This document shows, piece by piece, positions 48,901-63,841 of a DNA stretch of 64,000 nucleotides (positions within the stretch are counted from its first letter, which is position 1; each line of letters starts with the position of its first letter). This DNA comes from Auanema rhodensis. Taxonomy: Eukaryota > Animalia > Nematoda. A model generated the notes under the pieces. That model did no database searches. It was not told the DNA's origin and saw only the letters and a list, made by a program, of their open reading frames with translations. The DNA lies in NCBI GenBank assembly GCA_964057225.1, contig OZ059895.1, positions 8,494,001 through 8,558,000 of the forward strand, given 5' to 3'. Both the position numbers and the translations under genes were made by a program.

Positions 48901-49166
48901 GTTATATAATTAATAATTAATATATTATATATTCATTTTCTTTTTTTTCAGCAAAACTGTATGGCATTCCCACAATGTAGACATCGTGTAAAACGAAATC
49001 TTTTTGTAAATAATTTTTATTAATTATATTTAATTCTTAATTATGCTATTTATAGGAAGATTGTAATGTATGTACTGCACAGTTGGATGGTCTTCGTCGA
49101 CGTAGAAAACGTAACTTTGTTGGAGGTCCAGTTCAATGTTATCCTTGTCCAGGAACTGGCAAATAA
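45968..49166 (+). CDS. Secreted Cys/Pro-rich protein with about 16 RxKR furin-type sites (probable extracellular-matrix or peptide polyprotein)
   Basis: Signal peptide MTFGWALLLTLLPLAIIA, CC/polyproline N-terminal half, then repeated RxKR-bounded units. The frame stays open across canonical introns to TAA at 49164-49166. The gene model is well supported; the function is uncertain. Confidence 0.8.
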
Positions 49167-50807
49167 CTATATGATATCATTGAATCTCAAAGAATTAGTG
49201 CAATTAATTAATTAAAATATTTAAATAATATATAATAATATATTATATAAATATATATATATATAGATATTAATGAAATTAATAAATATAATAAATGTTT
49301 TATAAGATTTTATATCAAAAGGCTGCTGTTTCAATGATGAAAACTGAGAACAATACTCATTTTTGATGATTTTAAATTTAAAAAAAAAATAAGAAAAGAA
49401 TAATATTTTCTATTTATTATATAAAATACAATAATTTAACAAATTGACAATATAACATATTACATATAATTTCATTTAATTTTTCATTTTTACAATAAAA
49501 TAAAGAAAAAAATGAAACAAAGAGAGCCGTGAACACATACAGACGACAACAACAAAAAAAGTTGAAGCTTGATGTATTGGTCAATATATTGGTATGTATC
49601 TTCATTCTATTTGATGGATCAACGATAAACGATATTTGAAGATAAAACAAAGTATTTTATATATTATATGATTATATAAACTATAATATATAATATAATT
49701 TGAAAAGATGATCAAATGGGGAGGGAAGGGTGAAGGGACACGTAACGAACATTGCTTGCGCACTTAATTATATATTATGCGCCATCACAGATAAAGTGTA
49801 ATTTTCAATATTTTTTAGGGGATTTATAGTTTCTAATTAATATATAATACATTATATATGAAACAAACAGCGGGGATGTGACTGAGAGCAAATAGAGAAG
49901 GGTTATATCATATGATGATGATGATGATGATGATGTTGATGATAATGCTGAGTTGGAGAAAGGGTTGTGACAAAACGAATTTTGAAGAACTCAATGACGA
50001 ATGTAGTCTCACAGGCTCATGGATCACAGAACGGAACGATACGTATGGGTTTCATGACAAGTTGAGAAGACGAAGTGAGAAATCATAGCTAGAGCTGGAG
50101 ATGTTGTAGCTTCTTCAAGTTCATGGAACAGTTTACTACCTGCTACATGAATATTGATGATGTATACAGTCTTCATTGATCAGAAACAAAATCTCTTTGG
50201 ATTTTCGATTGACTGGCAAGAAAGAGAAAATAGATACTTGGGTTGAAGTCTGTTGACAAGAAAACAGTAAAAGATGATGACGAGGTGAATGATTGAAACC
50301 ATAAAATGAATTATCTAAACAATTCTATGGTTATATGTATAAATATAATTATTAATAAAAATTGAAATAGCAAAATGCGGATGAAATGAAATGAAAAGAC
50401 ATAGTATGTTTCTGATTTAATTCTAAAATTGGATAATAGGAGGGGAGGAGGGATGGAAAGAAGTTAAAAGACATTCCAATTATCACACAAGGATTTATAA
50501 TCACACGATTGATATATAAATATATATATTTAGATATATATAGATATATAGATAAATTTAATTAAATTTTTTCTATTTCGGATTCATAAAATCCATTTTT
50601 TAAATTCTAAGCATCAAGGCATTTTGGAAGAGATAGGATGAACACAGAGTTAAGACTGATTCAAACTTGAGGACAATCATCAGTCATATACATAGGAATG
50701 AAATGAAATTGGTGGCAGTAAGGAGGAAAAGCTTAAGCTTTTACATATGACTTTCTCAATGTTTTAAATGAAATGTCAAATACTAATAAACAAATAAATC
50801 AATCTAT

Positions 50808-53800
50808 TCATGATTGAATTACTGTATACATTGGTGGAATAGATAATTGCATTTGAGTGGGAACAAAGTGAGGATTAAGAGGAACCTGAAAAAATAATTT
50901 TTTTATTATAAATTAATTATAAAAATTATAATATTACCTTGGAAAGGAACTGTGGCTCCATTTGAACAACCTGTGGGTCTGTAGGAGTTCGAGATCTTAG
51001 AGTTATTACAGCTTCACCAGGAATGCTACCAGTAGCAAGTCGAGTAAATGCGACCTGAAGAATATCATTGTTAGGTTAACTATATAATTCATACCCAATA
51101 ATTAACTTACGTTTTCAACAACAACGTTCTCAGTTTGGAATTGAGCTATGAGTTCAGTAACACCAACATTTGGTGCGATACCGTATACAACATATTGATG
51201 TAACTGTCCTGGTAACATCATGTTGGGTGAAACTGGTGGTGATGGATATGGCCAGAATACTGGAGGAGCCTGCATGGGCATCATCGGTGGTAGTCCGGGT
51301 ACGAATGCTGTTCGTTGAGGAATAATTGATGGGATGGGGGCTACACTCGGAGGATGAGGACCAGGATGAGCCATCACCAAGTGCATATCATCAGGTGAAC
51401 ATTGGAAGACCTAAAGAAAATTAAATCATTATTTAATTCATTTTAGAAAGAAATCTACCTCAATATATCTTTGCTTCTTTCCTATAACCATAAACTTATT
51501 ATGAGAAGCAGCTGCAGCAGATGAAGCAGCTTGTTCACTAGTCATCTGGATAAAACATTCACCAGAAGGATGTCCTTGACTGTTAAAGACCATATGAACA
51601 CCTTGGAATTCAATGCTACGAGCATTTTCTCCCAAGAATTCAACAACCTAAGCAGATAAAATCTTACTAAGCCGATTAAAAATCGAAAACAAACCTGTGG
51701 AACACGAGCTTCATATGGTAGACCACGTAAACGAATACAATCCCTTTTACCAGTAGAAATATTTGTCTGTTCTCCAGAACGTTTCACAACCTGAAATTAA
51801 ATTTTTAAATTAATTTTCTCTTTTCATATTTCAAATGATATTCATGTAATTATTTAATTTGAATGTGTATAATCTCCAGTCTTATAAAAAAATTCAAATA
51901 GGTCTCAAATTTCAAATTTCTTTCTTCAATATCCGGAAAAAAGATTCAGTTTTTCCGATGTATTTCATAAAATATCGAGAATTTTCTGGAGATGATTCAA
52001 GTGCAGGTGTTTTCAACACTATTATGTTCATATATAAGTTATATATACATATATACTCATGGATATGTATTAAATAGCTATATATATACAGATTATATAG
52101 AAAATAATACATTTATATCCTCTAAAATAATATTTGAAGTTAAAGAGGATAAACTCTTTTAATAAGTGTTAAATCAACTCATTTTGTTCAAATATTATAT
52201 TAACTATTCTGTTATAATTATTAATGATATATTACTAAAAAAGTAGACAATCTACTGATAATTGTTGGATTTGAAAGAGATAACCCTCAACTAACTAACC
52301 AACTACATATTTTAAAAAAACTATCACATAGATTAAATAATGAACTTTGATTTAATTTAATTAAACAAATAATTTATTAAATTATTCCTTTAATAACTAA
52401 AATAAATATATTAATTAATATTATGTTAACTCTTATTCTTTATATACTTATGCTTATAAACAATCAGTTGATACAAAAGGCAAATGAGTTGAAAGGCTAA
52501 GCGCTATGATCCAACTGATCAAACATAGACATCTGATAGGTCGAAATCAGCTCCCAAAACGTACACAAGTGACATATTAATGGCATATGGCCTACTTGTG
52601 TCCCTTCACCACACTACTCTACACTTCAAATCTTTTTCTCTCATTTTGACGTCGGCTTTTCTCTCATTTCAATGATCGTGTCAACCAAAATTTGTCATAT
52701 GAAATATTTGTCTATGTATATGAACTATAGAATAAATATATAATCAAAAACTATATAATTTATATGAATAGAATATATATATAGGAAGATTATTTTAATA
52801 AATTAATATATTTTTATATTAATGATTGAAATTTTAAAACTTAAAGAATTAAGTCTCACCACGAATTTCAATATGAATATCTATTCAGAATATATTCAAT
52901 GTTTATCATAAATATTCAATTTAACTTATAAAAATTATAATTATGACAAAAACATATTTAAATTACCTGTTGAACTTCGGCACTAGTACTGCGGAAGAGC
53001 TCAATGTATCGGTTTCCAATAGTTTGTCGATGTTTTGACAAGGCTTCTGTACCCTTTTCTTCGTCAGCGAATTGAACAAAAGCATCTCCTGAATTTTAAA
53101 AACTTTACAAGATTATTTAAAAATAAATTCTTGAATTGATGTCAAGTTCATGCCAATCGAAACCATTTCATAAACTTAAAAACGGCTCGACATGGTTCTA
53201 TTTCGATTCGTTGCTAATTGTGTCACATAAAGCAAGATTGGTGTTCGAAATGAACTAAAAAGAAAAAAAAGATCAAACCTGTTGGTCTGCCATCTGGTCG
53301 AGTAACAAATAGTACTTGATCCATCATCTCACAAGGATTTGGTTCACGAGCGAAAAAGTCTCTCTGAAATATAAAAAGATTAATTAATTCGTTATAAGTT
53401 ATATACTATAAATACTTAATTACATTACATCATTTCCTCATTACTAGCAATTGGTTTATTTGGATCAAATCAATTGAAAAAGCGAATGAACAACATTACT
53501 TCATTCATGATAGAATGACCCCATATGAATCTTATCTTTTCAATCATCAATGCTTCATTTTCAATCAGTTTCATTTATCCATTGGATACGAGCTTCCGGA
53601 AAGTAAGCGGAAACAAAAGAAAAATAGAAATTTGGAGCATGTCACGTGGATAGAAAAAGTATGTGGACTTGAAAACAAACAAGTAGTATCAGCAAGCATC
53701 ATATCGCAAATCAGATTCAGAATACAGCTGATCAAATGACTTTAATATATGTTGATTGTGCCTATATTTAAGCGTTTACAAACATAATCTATTACCTTAA

Positions 53801-54766
53801 CTCTTTCTAAAACAAAGAATACAAGTTTAATATCGAAAGAGAGGAAAAGAACGAAAGAGAAGAAGAGAGTCTATATGAGGTGGCTGAATAAACCTATTCA
53901 TCATTTTTTTGTAAATTTTATATAAATAGTATATATATATAGTATAGTATATAGAGAGATCATTGCATTTGTTCTCAAAATGAACTGAAATTTATGAAAA
54001 ATTTGAAAAATTGTTGAAAAACCAACACTAAAATCTTCCAATGTATAAATAATAAAAAGATTAATATTAAATATGAAAATATATTAACTAATATTTAATA
54101 AATCATAACTATGATAATCAATAACTCTTAAGCTATATGTATATATACAAATAATATTTTTCTATTTTTTAATTTTTCAGGAAAAAATACAATATTTTCG
54201 AGAATTTCAATATATACAATGTATATTTCTTTTTTCTTTTTATAAATATAATATTAGAAATACGTACATGTATGTACGTACAATATTCTTCGTACCATAG
54301 ATGGTATCATGATGATGATGATGATGATCATCATCATCATCATCATCCACGTCATCATATACATGAAATCATCAATGTATCTTTTTGTATGAAGAAGATG
54401 ATAACTCTCTTTCTATATTTCTTTTATTTCTTATAGAAAAGAAACAAAAAAAATTATAAAAATTAAAGACAAAAGTTCATAATATCATTCATTTTAATAT
54501 TATAATATTCTATATAGAATAAATGAATATGGGAATTTCAATAACTGAAGGACTTTTTTTTTCTTTTCAAATTCTATTGAAATCAAGTACCTCTTATGCT
54601 CAAAGAATAAGTTCAAAAATATTCGTCTACTATATATTATTAGATTAAATTATGAAAAAAAAAAGAAGAAAAAAAAGATTTAAATAAATTTGAAAAAATA
54701 TTTTGAATTTAAGAGAATACTTGTAATAGATTATGATGTCATATATGTATATATTTATCATATTCT

Positions 54767-54808
<42 letters not shown>

Positions 54809-57800
54809 TATTATAATATAATTATAATTATAAATATTATAATAAATAAATTAAATTACTCACGATTTGTTGCTCAGTACATTCATAAGGCAGACCGCGC
54901 ATGCGAACGAACATCGCTGCACCAGTTGAGACGAAGTTAACTGCTTCGTAAGAAGATCCTACAAATGAAATTTTAAATAAAATAATAATATTATATAAAA
55001 TATATTTTGATAATTAAATTAAAATTCTAATTATTCAAAAGAATAAAAAGAATATAAAGGAGTATAAAGAGATATAGAAGAAGTATGTAAAATCATTCTT
55101 ATATTGATTTAAATATTTTAACTATACATAAATATACTGATGAACAAAAAAATGAAAGACAAAATCAAAATGGGTTATCATTTCAGATCACAGATTGACA
55201 TTTAGCTGTCACTTTTTCAATTCTCGAGCTATATTGTTTCGACCATAGTATTGTTGGGAAAACAACGATTTAACATGGAGTCAATTGCTTTAGATTTGTA
55301 TCAGTAAAATGGATTAAAAAGCAAATTTTTATGAAAAAAAAACAGTTAAACTTGATGTATTCAGTTGTTTTTAATCGTTTATAAACCTTTTTTTCGATTT
55401 TTTTGTTATGAAAATGAGTTAAATTTGATTGAAAACTGCATGAGTTGGTCTACAATTTCAAACCATGATTGGCCTGATATGGATATTAGCAGAGAGACAA
55501 GGTCAATTGCTATCATTCTTATCATTGCATTTCAATTTTACTGAATTTATGAAAAGAATGACTGCTATTGATTAGACAAGTAGTAATATGGAAGATATAC
55601 AGATTTTATATATAAATATATAAAGAAAATATAAATAAATTGCAAAAATATTGTAGTTAATACGTTTTTAAATGGTAACAGAGAGAGAGAGAGAGAGAGA
55701 GAGAAAGAGTGAGAGCTTGGAAAGTTAATACCATTCTTCATACTTTAATTATATTAAATATAATAATATTAATATTACCTTGAGAATTATTGGTCATACT
55801 GTACTTTATAAGCTCAAGCTGGAATCTAGTAATGAATCTAGTGGATTTGAATCAGGAAAGACCGAACAGAAGCGATGAGTGCCTACGTGGAGAACAGATA
55901 GGGAGGGCGAGAAAGATGCGTGGGGGAGGGGACTGAATAGACTTTCCATATACCATATATGGGGTATCGGCCTCTTTCTCTCTCATACAGAAGAGGATAT
56001 ATCATACAAACACAATATATTCTCTATGAAAGCTGACTATACAGGAAGAGAAAACCAATTTGAAATAGTATGAGATTAAATCATACAAGTAAAAAGAGAG
56101 AATAGAGATGAAGAAGAGAGATAGAAGATAGATAAAGAGAGAAAGAGAGAGAGAGAGAAAAAAAGAAATGGTATGGAGGAAATACAACACACGACGAGAC
56201 AAAGGATCATACACGCCTCGCCATCCTGCATCATCAGCATCATATACACCGCCAGATACAAATAGCAGGATGTTTCATTTTCATTAAAAGCGTATACATC
56301 ATAGTTACAAGTTTGATTAAGTTCTTAATCAAAAGCTTGATTATATATGTTTTCATACATAGCTGGAAAGCATGTTTTTCGAAAACTCAAACAGCTAACA
56401 ACTAGAAAATGGATCTTGAACAATGGGGGTGGTCTACAAGAGTATTCGGCCTTTATAGAATGCCACGACATACATTTGAGCGGCGTTGTGGTTGTTAACG
56501 ATAGTGACGATTGAGACGACAAATACTGAGAAAATCTGTTCAATTTAATAGCTGTAATAATCATAAAAAAAACATTTGAAATAGGATTTTGAAAACTCTT
56601 AACATGAAGCAAAACTATGAATACGGAAAAGCATGCTTGATGAGTTTTATTTCAAGTTACTATGAGCATACTGGCTTGATGTGAAAGAGCTTAGATTATT
56701 CGAGGAATATCTGACAACGTCGACACTATGTGAGCGAGTTTAGACTTTAGTTTCATGATGTGCTAGTTCGTTGGCTGACTCGAGAAGAAGAAAAGAGACT
56801 AGATGGATGAATGAATGGAGTAGATGGATGAATAGATGGATGGATGAACAGGACGACAAGCAGCATAATAAAAAAACAAAAAAACCTTTAATGGTAATGA
56901 TGGAAATGAGCCGGATTACCGAAAAATCGTATTGGAAAAGATGAAAACAGTGTATTGTACAAATGTCATTTGATATGCCACCGAACAAGTTGTTGAAAAA
57001 AATTTCAAAAAAGTGATGAAAGGGTAGATGTAAATGCGAAAGCAGGAGAAAGAGGAGGAGAAAGAGAAGGAGGAGGAGGAGAAGGAGGAGGTTTTTGGTA
57101 GAAGGATTTGTATGTGCATATGCGTGTAAGGACGAAATATTCAAAGATTTTATGAAATTGATGGTTTAAGAGGTTATGGAAGTGTTTAAGCTGGAAAAGA
57201 AATGTCTAGTACCCATGGTGACAAGATTGAGTCAACTAGAAAGTAGATGAAAAAGATGATGAAGATGTGAATGTTGACCATAACGACATGACTAGGAAAG
57301 AGAAAGCATGAAAAGGCAAAGGCAGAAGAACAATGTGGGGCCGTTTACATTAACTATTCAAGGCTCTGACTACACTTTTCAATGAAATGAGGCTAAAAGT
57401 GACAGATTAGTGAAGAAATAAGAGAAATAAATACTTCTTTTCAATTCTTTTCGAGGTGTTCTTTATTGAATGAACAGGTCAAACATACGACTATAGTTAT
57501 AGTTATAACTAAAATATTGAAAAAAAAGAAGAATAATGAAAACTATAAAGAAATATTATTGATAAATATCTTTAAATACATATAATATATATTTTTTTTT
57601 TTGAGAAAAAAAAACATGAAATGGTTAGAGTTGTGGTTGTATAAGAAATAAAAAAAATATATGAAATTCAACCAGATGTGCCGTAAACTCCTCAGCTGTA
57701 CATGTTTTTGTCATGACGAAACTAAACCATTTTCATTTTCTTGTCGTCGTCGTCGTCTTGCATTTCATCTCATAGCTACAGCACGGCAACCACAGACATG

Positions 57801-60800
57801 TTTTTTTTTGTTTTTTTTATATTTCAATATATGGAAATATTGGGATGATGTTGAAAAAAAAGAGAGAAAAGTAACCAACATTGAATGGAAATATCGAAAA
57901 ATATGACCAATGACGTGGCTTAACAATATTGAAATGAGGAAATATGGAGGAGGATGCTTCATTTTCCTTTCTCTTTAGCTTGTATTAAGATACCGGATAA
58001 CGTCTTCCAAATAGCATGATAGAGAGAGAATGAGAGAAATAGGGAGATGGATTAGAATGGATACAACACCGTAAAACCATAAATGCAACCTTTGAAGAAC
58101 GGATAGATCATTTTGAAGATACATTCATCTTGTATTCAATCCGACAATTCTTTCAAACAATTGTGATCAAAAGGAAGCGAAAGAAGAATGAAAAGAAAAG
58201 AAAAACCGTCTAAAGTTACCAAATGATAGATTAACAATTAAGGAAATTGGGTATGAAGTTATTCCCAAATACGATATTCATCATTTTTAGCCTTTTTGAA
58301 TTATTTCTTAACATAAAAAAAACATATGAAAACGTATGTATACAGATGAAGTAATTCAAGCAGTTTATGACCTCAAAAAAGAAAAAAAGATGTGATAAGG
58401 TCAAAAGAGCTGCAGTTTAGTATACAGAGATTGGCAAAACGCTTTCTTTTCTCTCTTTCCCTCTCTTGTTGTGTTTGTATGTATGTGTGTAAACCTCGAA
58501 GGGTCATAGTATCAGACCACCTATGACCATGAAGAGCGAAAGAGAGAATCAAACCGAAAGATTGAAAGAGGGTGGAAAGATAGAGAAAGAGAGAGAGAGA
58601 GAGAGAAAAACGATAACACGAAGCAAACAGGTCAAGCGACAGCCTGACAGTTCCTGGCTGTGACAGCTTCACGGTAAATTTGTAGGCCTGCCAGCCTTGC
58701 AGAATGGCTTTGATTTGGAAAGCTTTGACTTCCTCAGAAAACCAGAAGCAATATGTGTGTTGACAGCAGAATAAGGAAGTAAAATATACAGATAGATGGA
58801 TGGATTTATTGAGAGATAAAGGAGTAAGAACTCAAAAAATAGCTATTTGTAGTAAAAGTAGATGATTATATATAGAAAGAGACTGTAAAAAGAGGAGGGA
58901 AAGAGATAGAGAGAACTTGATAGTATAAAGAGAAATGAAATGGTCTATTAGAAAAGAAGAAAGTAGATTGAACTTCTGATGTATTATACTACTACGATGA
59001 GAGAATGAATACAGAATCAGATAAAATAATTTAAAAACAAAAAGATCCTCAAAATGGTCTTTCAAAGAAAAGAAAGATAGATAGATAGAATAGAATGGAG
59101 TAGTTGATATGATTGAAATGCTTATTCAGCAGCAACAGCAGCATAACAGTATTGGTTTTCAATTATATAATAATAAGAGGAAGTAGATGATATATAAAGC
59201 TGAGAAGGTGAAAACTCAAAGGTTGGCCAAAAGATAAACAACGTTCAAGATTGCAATCACATTTAGTGCTAAATAGCAAGTTTGTAGTTTTATAACAAAA
59301 AGTATTTTAATGTAAAGATTTAATTAAGAAGAGCTATGTAATAGTGAAGTTGAACTAACTGACTAAACTGACTATCTTAACCTGAACATTTCTTTTTAAC
59401 TATACACGTCCTTGAAAGAGCCCAAATAGGAGCGAACAACTTCAAAATAGGCAGAAGGCTGTATGTCAGTTAACTCGTCATCAAAGCATAAACGACCGCA
59501 TAGAAAAAAAAATTTAGCGATTGTTGTATAGACACAACAGATAGAAGACAAGATAGATAGTGAGTGAAACTGAAAAAGCGACGTCGGCAATCAGTTTCTA
59601 CCCGGAGAGGATGATTTAACGACGACGACAACGACGTCTGTCTGTAATCTAGAGCCTTCAGAAACTTCACACTGTTTAATACTCGTTATAAACTATATGA
59701 AATGATAGAAGAAGTAAATGATCATATATGTATTCTAAGGTGTGAAAGATTGTTTTCAAGAAGAAGAAGAAGAAGAAAGAGTAAATCAAGTCTCATTCTC
59801 TCTCTATATACTTATAGAATTGAGAATTTTTAATAAAAATTGAAATATTTGAAATATAAATGATATAAGAAGAAGGAATATCTAAATAATTTGTCTAATT
59901 AATAAACAAACAATAAATAAACAAAAGTTTTGTATATATGTAATCGAAGACAAGAAGAAGATGTAGAAGAAGAAGAGATTAATGATTGAATATGATAAAG
60001 AGATCTATTTATTAGATTCAATCAAAATTCAAATAATTTTATAAAAAATTCAATTATACTAAACTGAACTATGCTATATAGTATCTATCTATCTATATAT
60101 ATATGATTAATATTCAAATATTTATAATTAAAAATATGAAATGAAGGTTGTTTGCTTTGATAAAAAATTTGTTTAAAAGGAATAAAAGTATTATGATTCA
60201 TAAAATATTAAAAAATTTATGTGAAACACATACCTGCTGCCACGTGAAGAAATTCTTCAGATGTTGCTTTGTAGACTTCAATATATCTGAAAAGAAATAT
60301 CTATGAATGATGATATACATATAGTTAGTTAGTTTATATAATTATATTCATAATTATAAATTGTTTGTTGGTGATTTGTGAAGTTCAAACGATAAAAACA
60401 GCAAAAGAAGCAAATAATTCAATAATTTTGTATATGATTAGAGAGAGAGAGAGAGAGAGATAGATAGAGAGAGAAAACAACAAGTATACCAGATTATAGA
60501 AGGGAAAAGAGAAAGAAAGGGAAGAGAAATGGGAGTCAGATTTTAAATGTTTTTAACCATTATTAGATAGAAAGATTATTAATATATAATATAAATAGTA
60601 AATTTTTGATATACAAGAAATTAAAATGAGATGAAAAATTGTTTTTTCAGTTGAGAAGGGGTTTCCTGGGGCTTCTAAGATAGGACCGTCCGACTTTCAT
60701 CGCACCTAACTGTATGATGTCAGAAACGGTTCACAACTTGATCAGAAGGCATTCCGTCTTTCTAAGCTATTTTGCAGAAAAAGGAGATGACGAATTAAAT

Positions 60801-60836
60801 CATACTTTATCAATTGCTGAGCTGTATCTCTCTCTT

Positions 60837-60890
<54 letters not shown>

Positions 60891-61904
60891 ATATAATCTA
60901 ATGAAAACAGTAGTAATAAGCTCAGAATTATAAAATGATAATAAGAATATAATTCGTAATTAAGATCTTTTATCTTTTATATTTAAATATTTAAATAAAT
61001 ATATAGAAATCGATTGAAAATATGTAACCTCGCTAATAGGAAATGACGATGACGCTTCAAAGCCATATCGCGCATTTGCTCTGTTGTGAAACGAACTAAA
61101 GCTTCTCCATTTCTACGCCCTTCAGCTGATAAGCACAAAGCGATTCCGCCACTAAATATACTATGATAAGACAGAAGTTATATATATTTATATATATTTG
61201 TATATTTACATATATATTAATATATATATATAATTAATTAATTAATTATTATAAATATAAATATACATACGGAGCAATTTCTAATCCGGCAAAGAATTGT
61301 GCTACATGACTGTCAGAAGCTTGCCAAGGTAAGCCTCGAGCACGAACTACAACATCTCCTTCAATCTTTGTTTCACGATCACTAAAAATATAAATATATT
61401 AATAAGGTAACAAATAATTTTAATTGATTTATAAATTATTTATAAATATGATCAAAGCTTGATCAAACGTTTATCTCCTTTTCTGTCCTTAATTTCAGGA
61501 TAAATTATGTTTTTTGGAAAAAAGTTTCATAAAACTTAAAAATAAACTAATTATTTATAGTTGTAATATTCATAATTGATTCTTCATTTCAATCATTAAC
61601 CAATTCTTTCACCCCCCCCCCCCAGCCACTTTCCTTTTATCATCATCAATGTCAATCTAATAGAACTTTGATAGGCTGAAATATTCCATGGCAATGTGTA
61701 TTCTACTACAGCTGGCATTAACCGTTCTTTGATTTTTTTAGGAAAAATCAAAAGATAATAATGTTCATTATATTATATTTTATATAAAATTAAATATAAT
61801 ATATAGTATATATACATAGAATATTTCTTTTGTATTTTCTTAAACATACCAGACTGCTGATTGAACTCCAAGGTTGACAGTTTGAATAGCCGTTTCCAGT
61901 TCAT
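50808..61904 (-). CDS. sym-2: ESRP/fusilli-type splicing regulator with three quasi-RRMs, 5'-partial
   Basis: [95 protein letters not shown], then a Pro-rich tail. Stop TGA at 50810-50808. No phase-compatible exon upstream of 61904 was found. Confidence 0.9.
54309..54346. repeat. Perfect 38-bp palindrome (ATG)n/(CAT)n
   Basis: ATGATGATGATGATGATGATCATCATCATCATCATCAT, centred on GATC at 54326-54329. Confidence 0.9.
54771..54802. repeat. (AT)n microsatellite
   Basis: Read directly from the sequence. Confidence 0.9.
60842..60885. repeat. (CT)n microsatellite
   Basis: Read directly. Similar GA/CT tracts lie near 7920, 40780, 55680 and 60440. Confidence 0.9.
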
Positions 61905-63786
61905 CTGAAAAGCAAATAAGTTATTAATTACGATTTATTTCAAAAGCTACACAAATAACTAGCTCTAGATCATTCTTTTTTTTATATTTTGTTATCGTCA
62001 AAACTGCAAATCCGGGTAAATGAGCACATCTGCTTCCTCCCAAAAAATTGTTTCGAAATTTGATATGACAATTTTTTTTTTGGAAGTTGGTTCTCTTATC
62101 AGTACAATATCTTTATGTTTCTCGACTCAATATGTAAGTGAAAATCTAGTTGACGTCTCTGCCTGTCGATTTTGTCAATTTTGACAACCTTCAGAATGAC
62201 CCCCGTAAATGGTCAAATAGGGTGAAGTAACACTAAACGAAAAGAAAAATGACGGAAATGCTAGAGATTTAGAGATAGGTGAGAAGACAGTTTTCATCTA
62301 TTCTTCCACGTAAATTGTCTTTCTTCACCTTCTCCGGTAAACAGATGATTCAACTTCTCATCTACTACTACTAACCCTATCTTTGTTTTTTGATCTAATT
62401 TAATTTTCAAAAGATATATGATATGAGAATATTTAAATATACTAATCAATATTTCTTAATTATATAATAATATAATTAAATATATTTTTTAAAATAAGGG
62501 TTGTTGATATATACACAAGTGCACATACCTACTTAAGTCCATATTTCACAGTGAAATGCTCAGATTAAGGATATACAGTCCATCCTTTGGTAATTTATGA
62601 AATATATCTTTACAAGAAGGATATTAATAAAAGCATCTCAGGTGTGTCATTACATCTTTTCTCTATGATTCTTCAGGTCCCTTGAGTCGAACCTTCATTC
62701 GTTACCTCGACCTCTCTTTTCAGATGAACGTGCCGACAACGAGTTGCGCTCGTATTCGCTTCCTTTACCACGGAATGACCGTGAAAATGTCTTAAGAAGT
62801 CGATGATGACAAGATTGAAAGACATCATCTTTGTTTTCAAAGAAAACTCAATTTTTAATTTTAAACAAAAACTTTAAAATTCAATAAGAGGTTATGTAAT
62901 CATCTCTAGAATTCTTGAGTTAATTAAATAAAACAGATTTCATTTAATTATTTTCAAAATATTGAAGATTATTCAATAATCTGTACAATCAAATCTTTGT
63001 TCCTCTATCTATCTTCATCCTCCCTTTTATTACTCATTCTTCCCTTCAATTTTTCCAGTATCTATCCTCTTTTCTATTCAGAATTATATTTACTTGTGAC
63101 TAGTCTGACCACAAGTCACCCGTTTGTCAAAGATTGTTTGTATTTCTTGGTTTGCCGTTTAACTATTGAAAAAAGAGATTGACCTTTGCAAAAAAAAAAA
63201 AAAAGAACTGAAAGAATTGAAAGGAATGGATGAAGCGAAAAGAAAAAATATTTTAAAATGAAATCTTATAACCTCATATTGGTCTTATCCCGATTATTCG
63301 TATATAATCTCATCAGTTATAATCTGTTTAAATTTACTATGTATAACTAACTGATTTCGTTTTAATTTTTGATGAAAATTAACCAAAAAACAATTCATAT
63401 CAGGATATATATCTCTGCCAATCTAGTATTACAACCTGTTTTTTTGAAAAAAATAATTTTTTTTTTTAAAATTTAGTTATTTCTCTTATATGATGTTGAA
63501 TATTTTAAAGTTTTTGTTTCTTTGAAACATTCTAATTATAATAAATGATTGAAAAGGGGGCATATCGTAAAAATCGCCGGAAAGTTTGCCGGTTTTCGTA
63601 AAAATATGAAACTATCCGGCGAGACAGTCTTGTTTTTTCATCACGTGAAGGCAATATGTATATCTGGGTCGCAATTCTATTCAGAAGTAGCACGACGACA
63701 TCATAGATGTTGTGTTTCATCGCTATCCAATTCGAGGAAGGAAGAAGACGCAACAATCTAACAAAGAAAATTCTTTTTTAACTATT

Positions 63787-63789
<3 letters not shown>

Positions 63790-63839
<50 letters not shown>
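63790..63839. repeat. (CT)n microsatellite
   Basis: Read directly from the sequence. Confidence 0.9.

Positions 63840-63841
<2 letters not shown>

Noticed and set aside
62520-63330. Candidate upstream sym-2 exons
   Set aside because: The donor-like sites give the wrong phase or in-frame stops relative to the exon starting at 61904.
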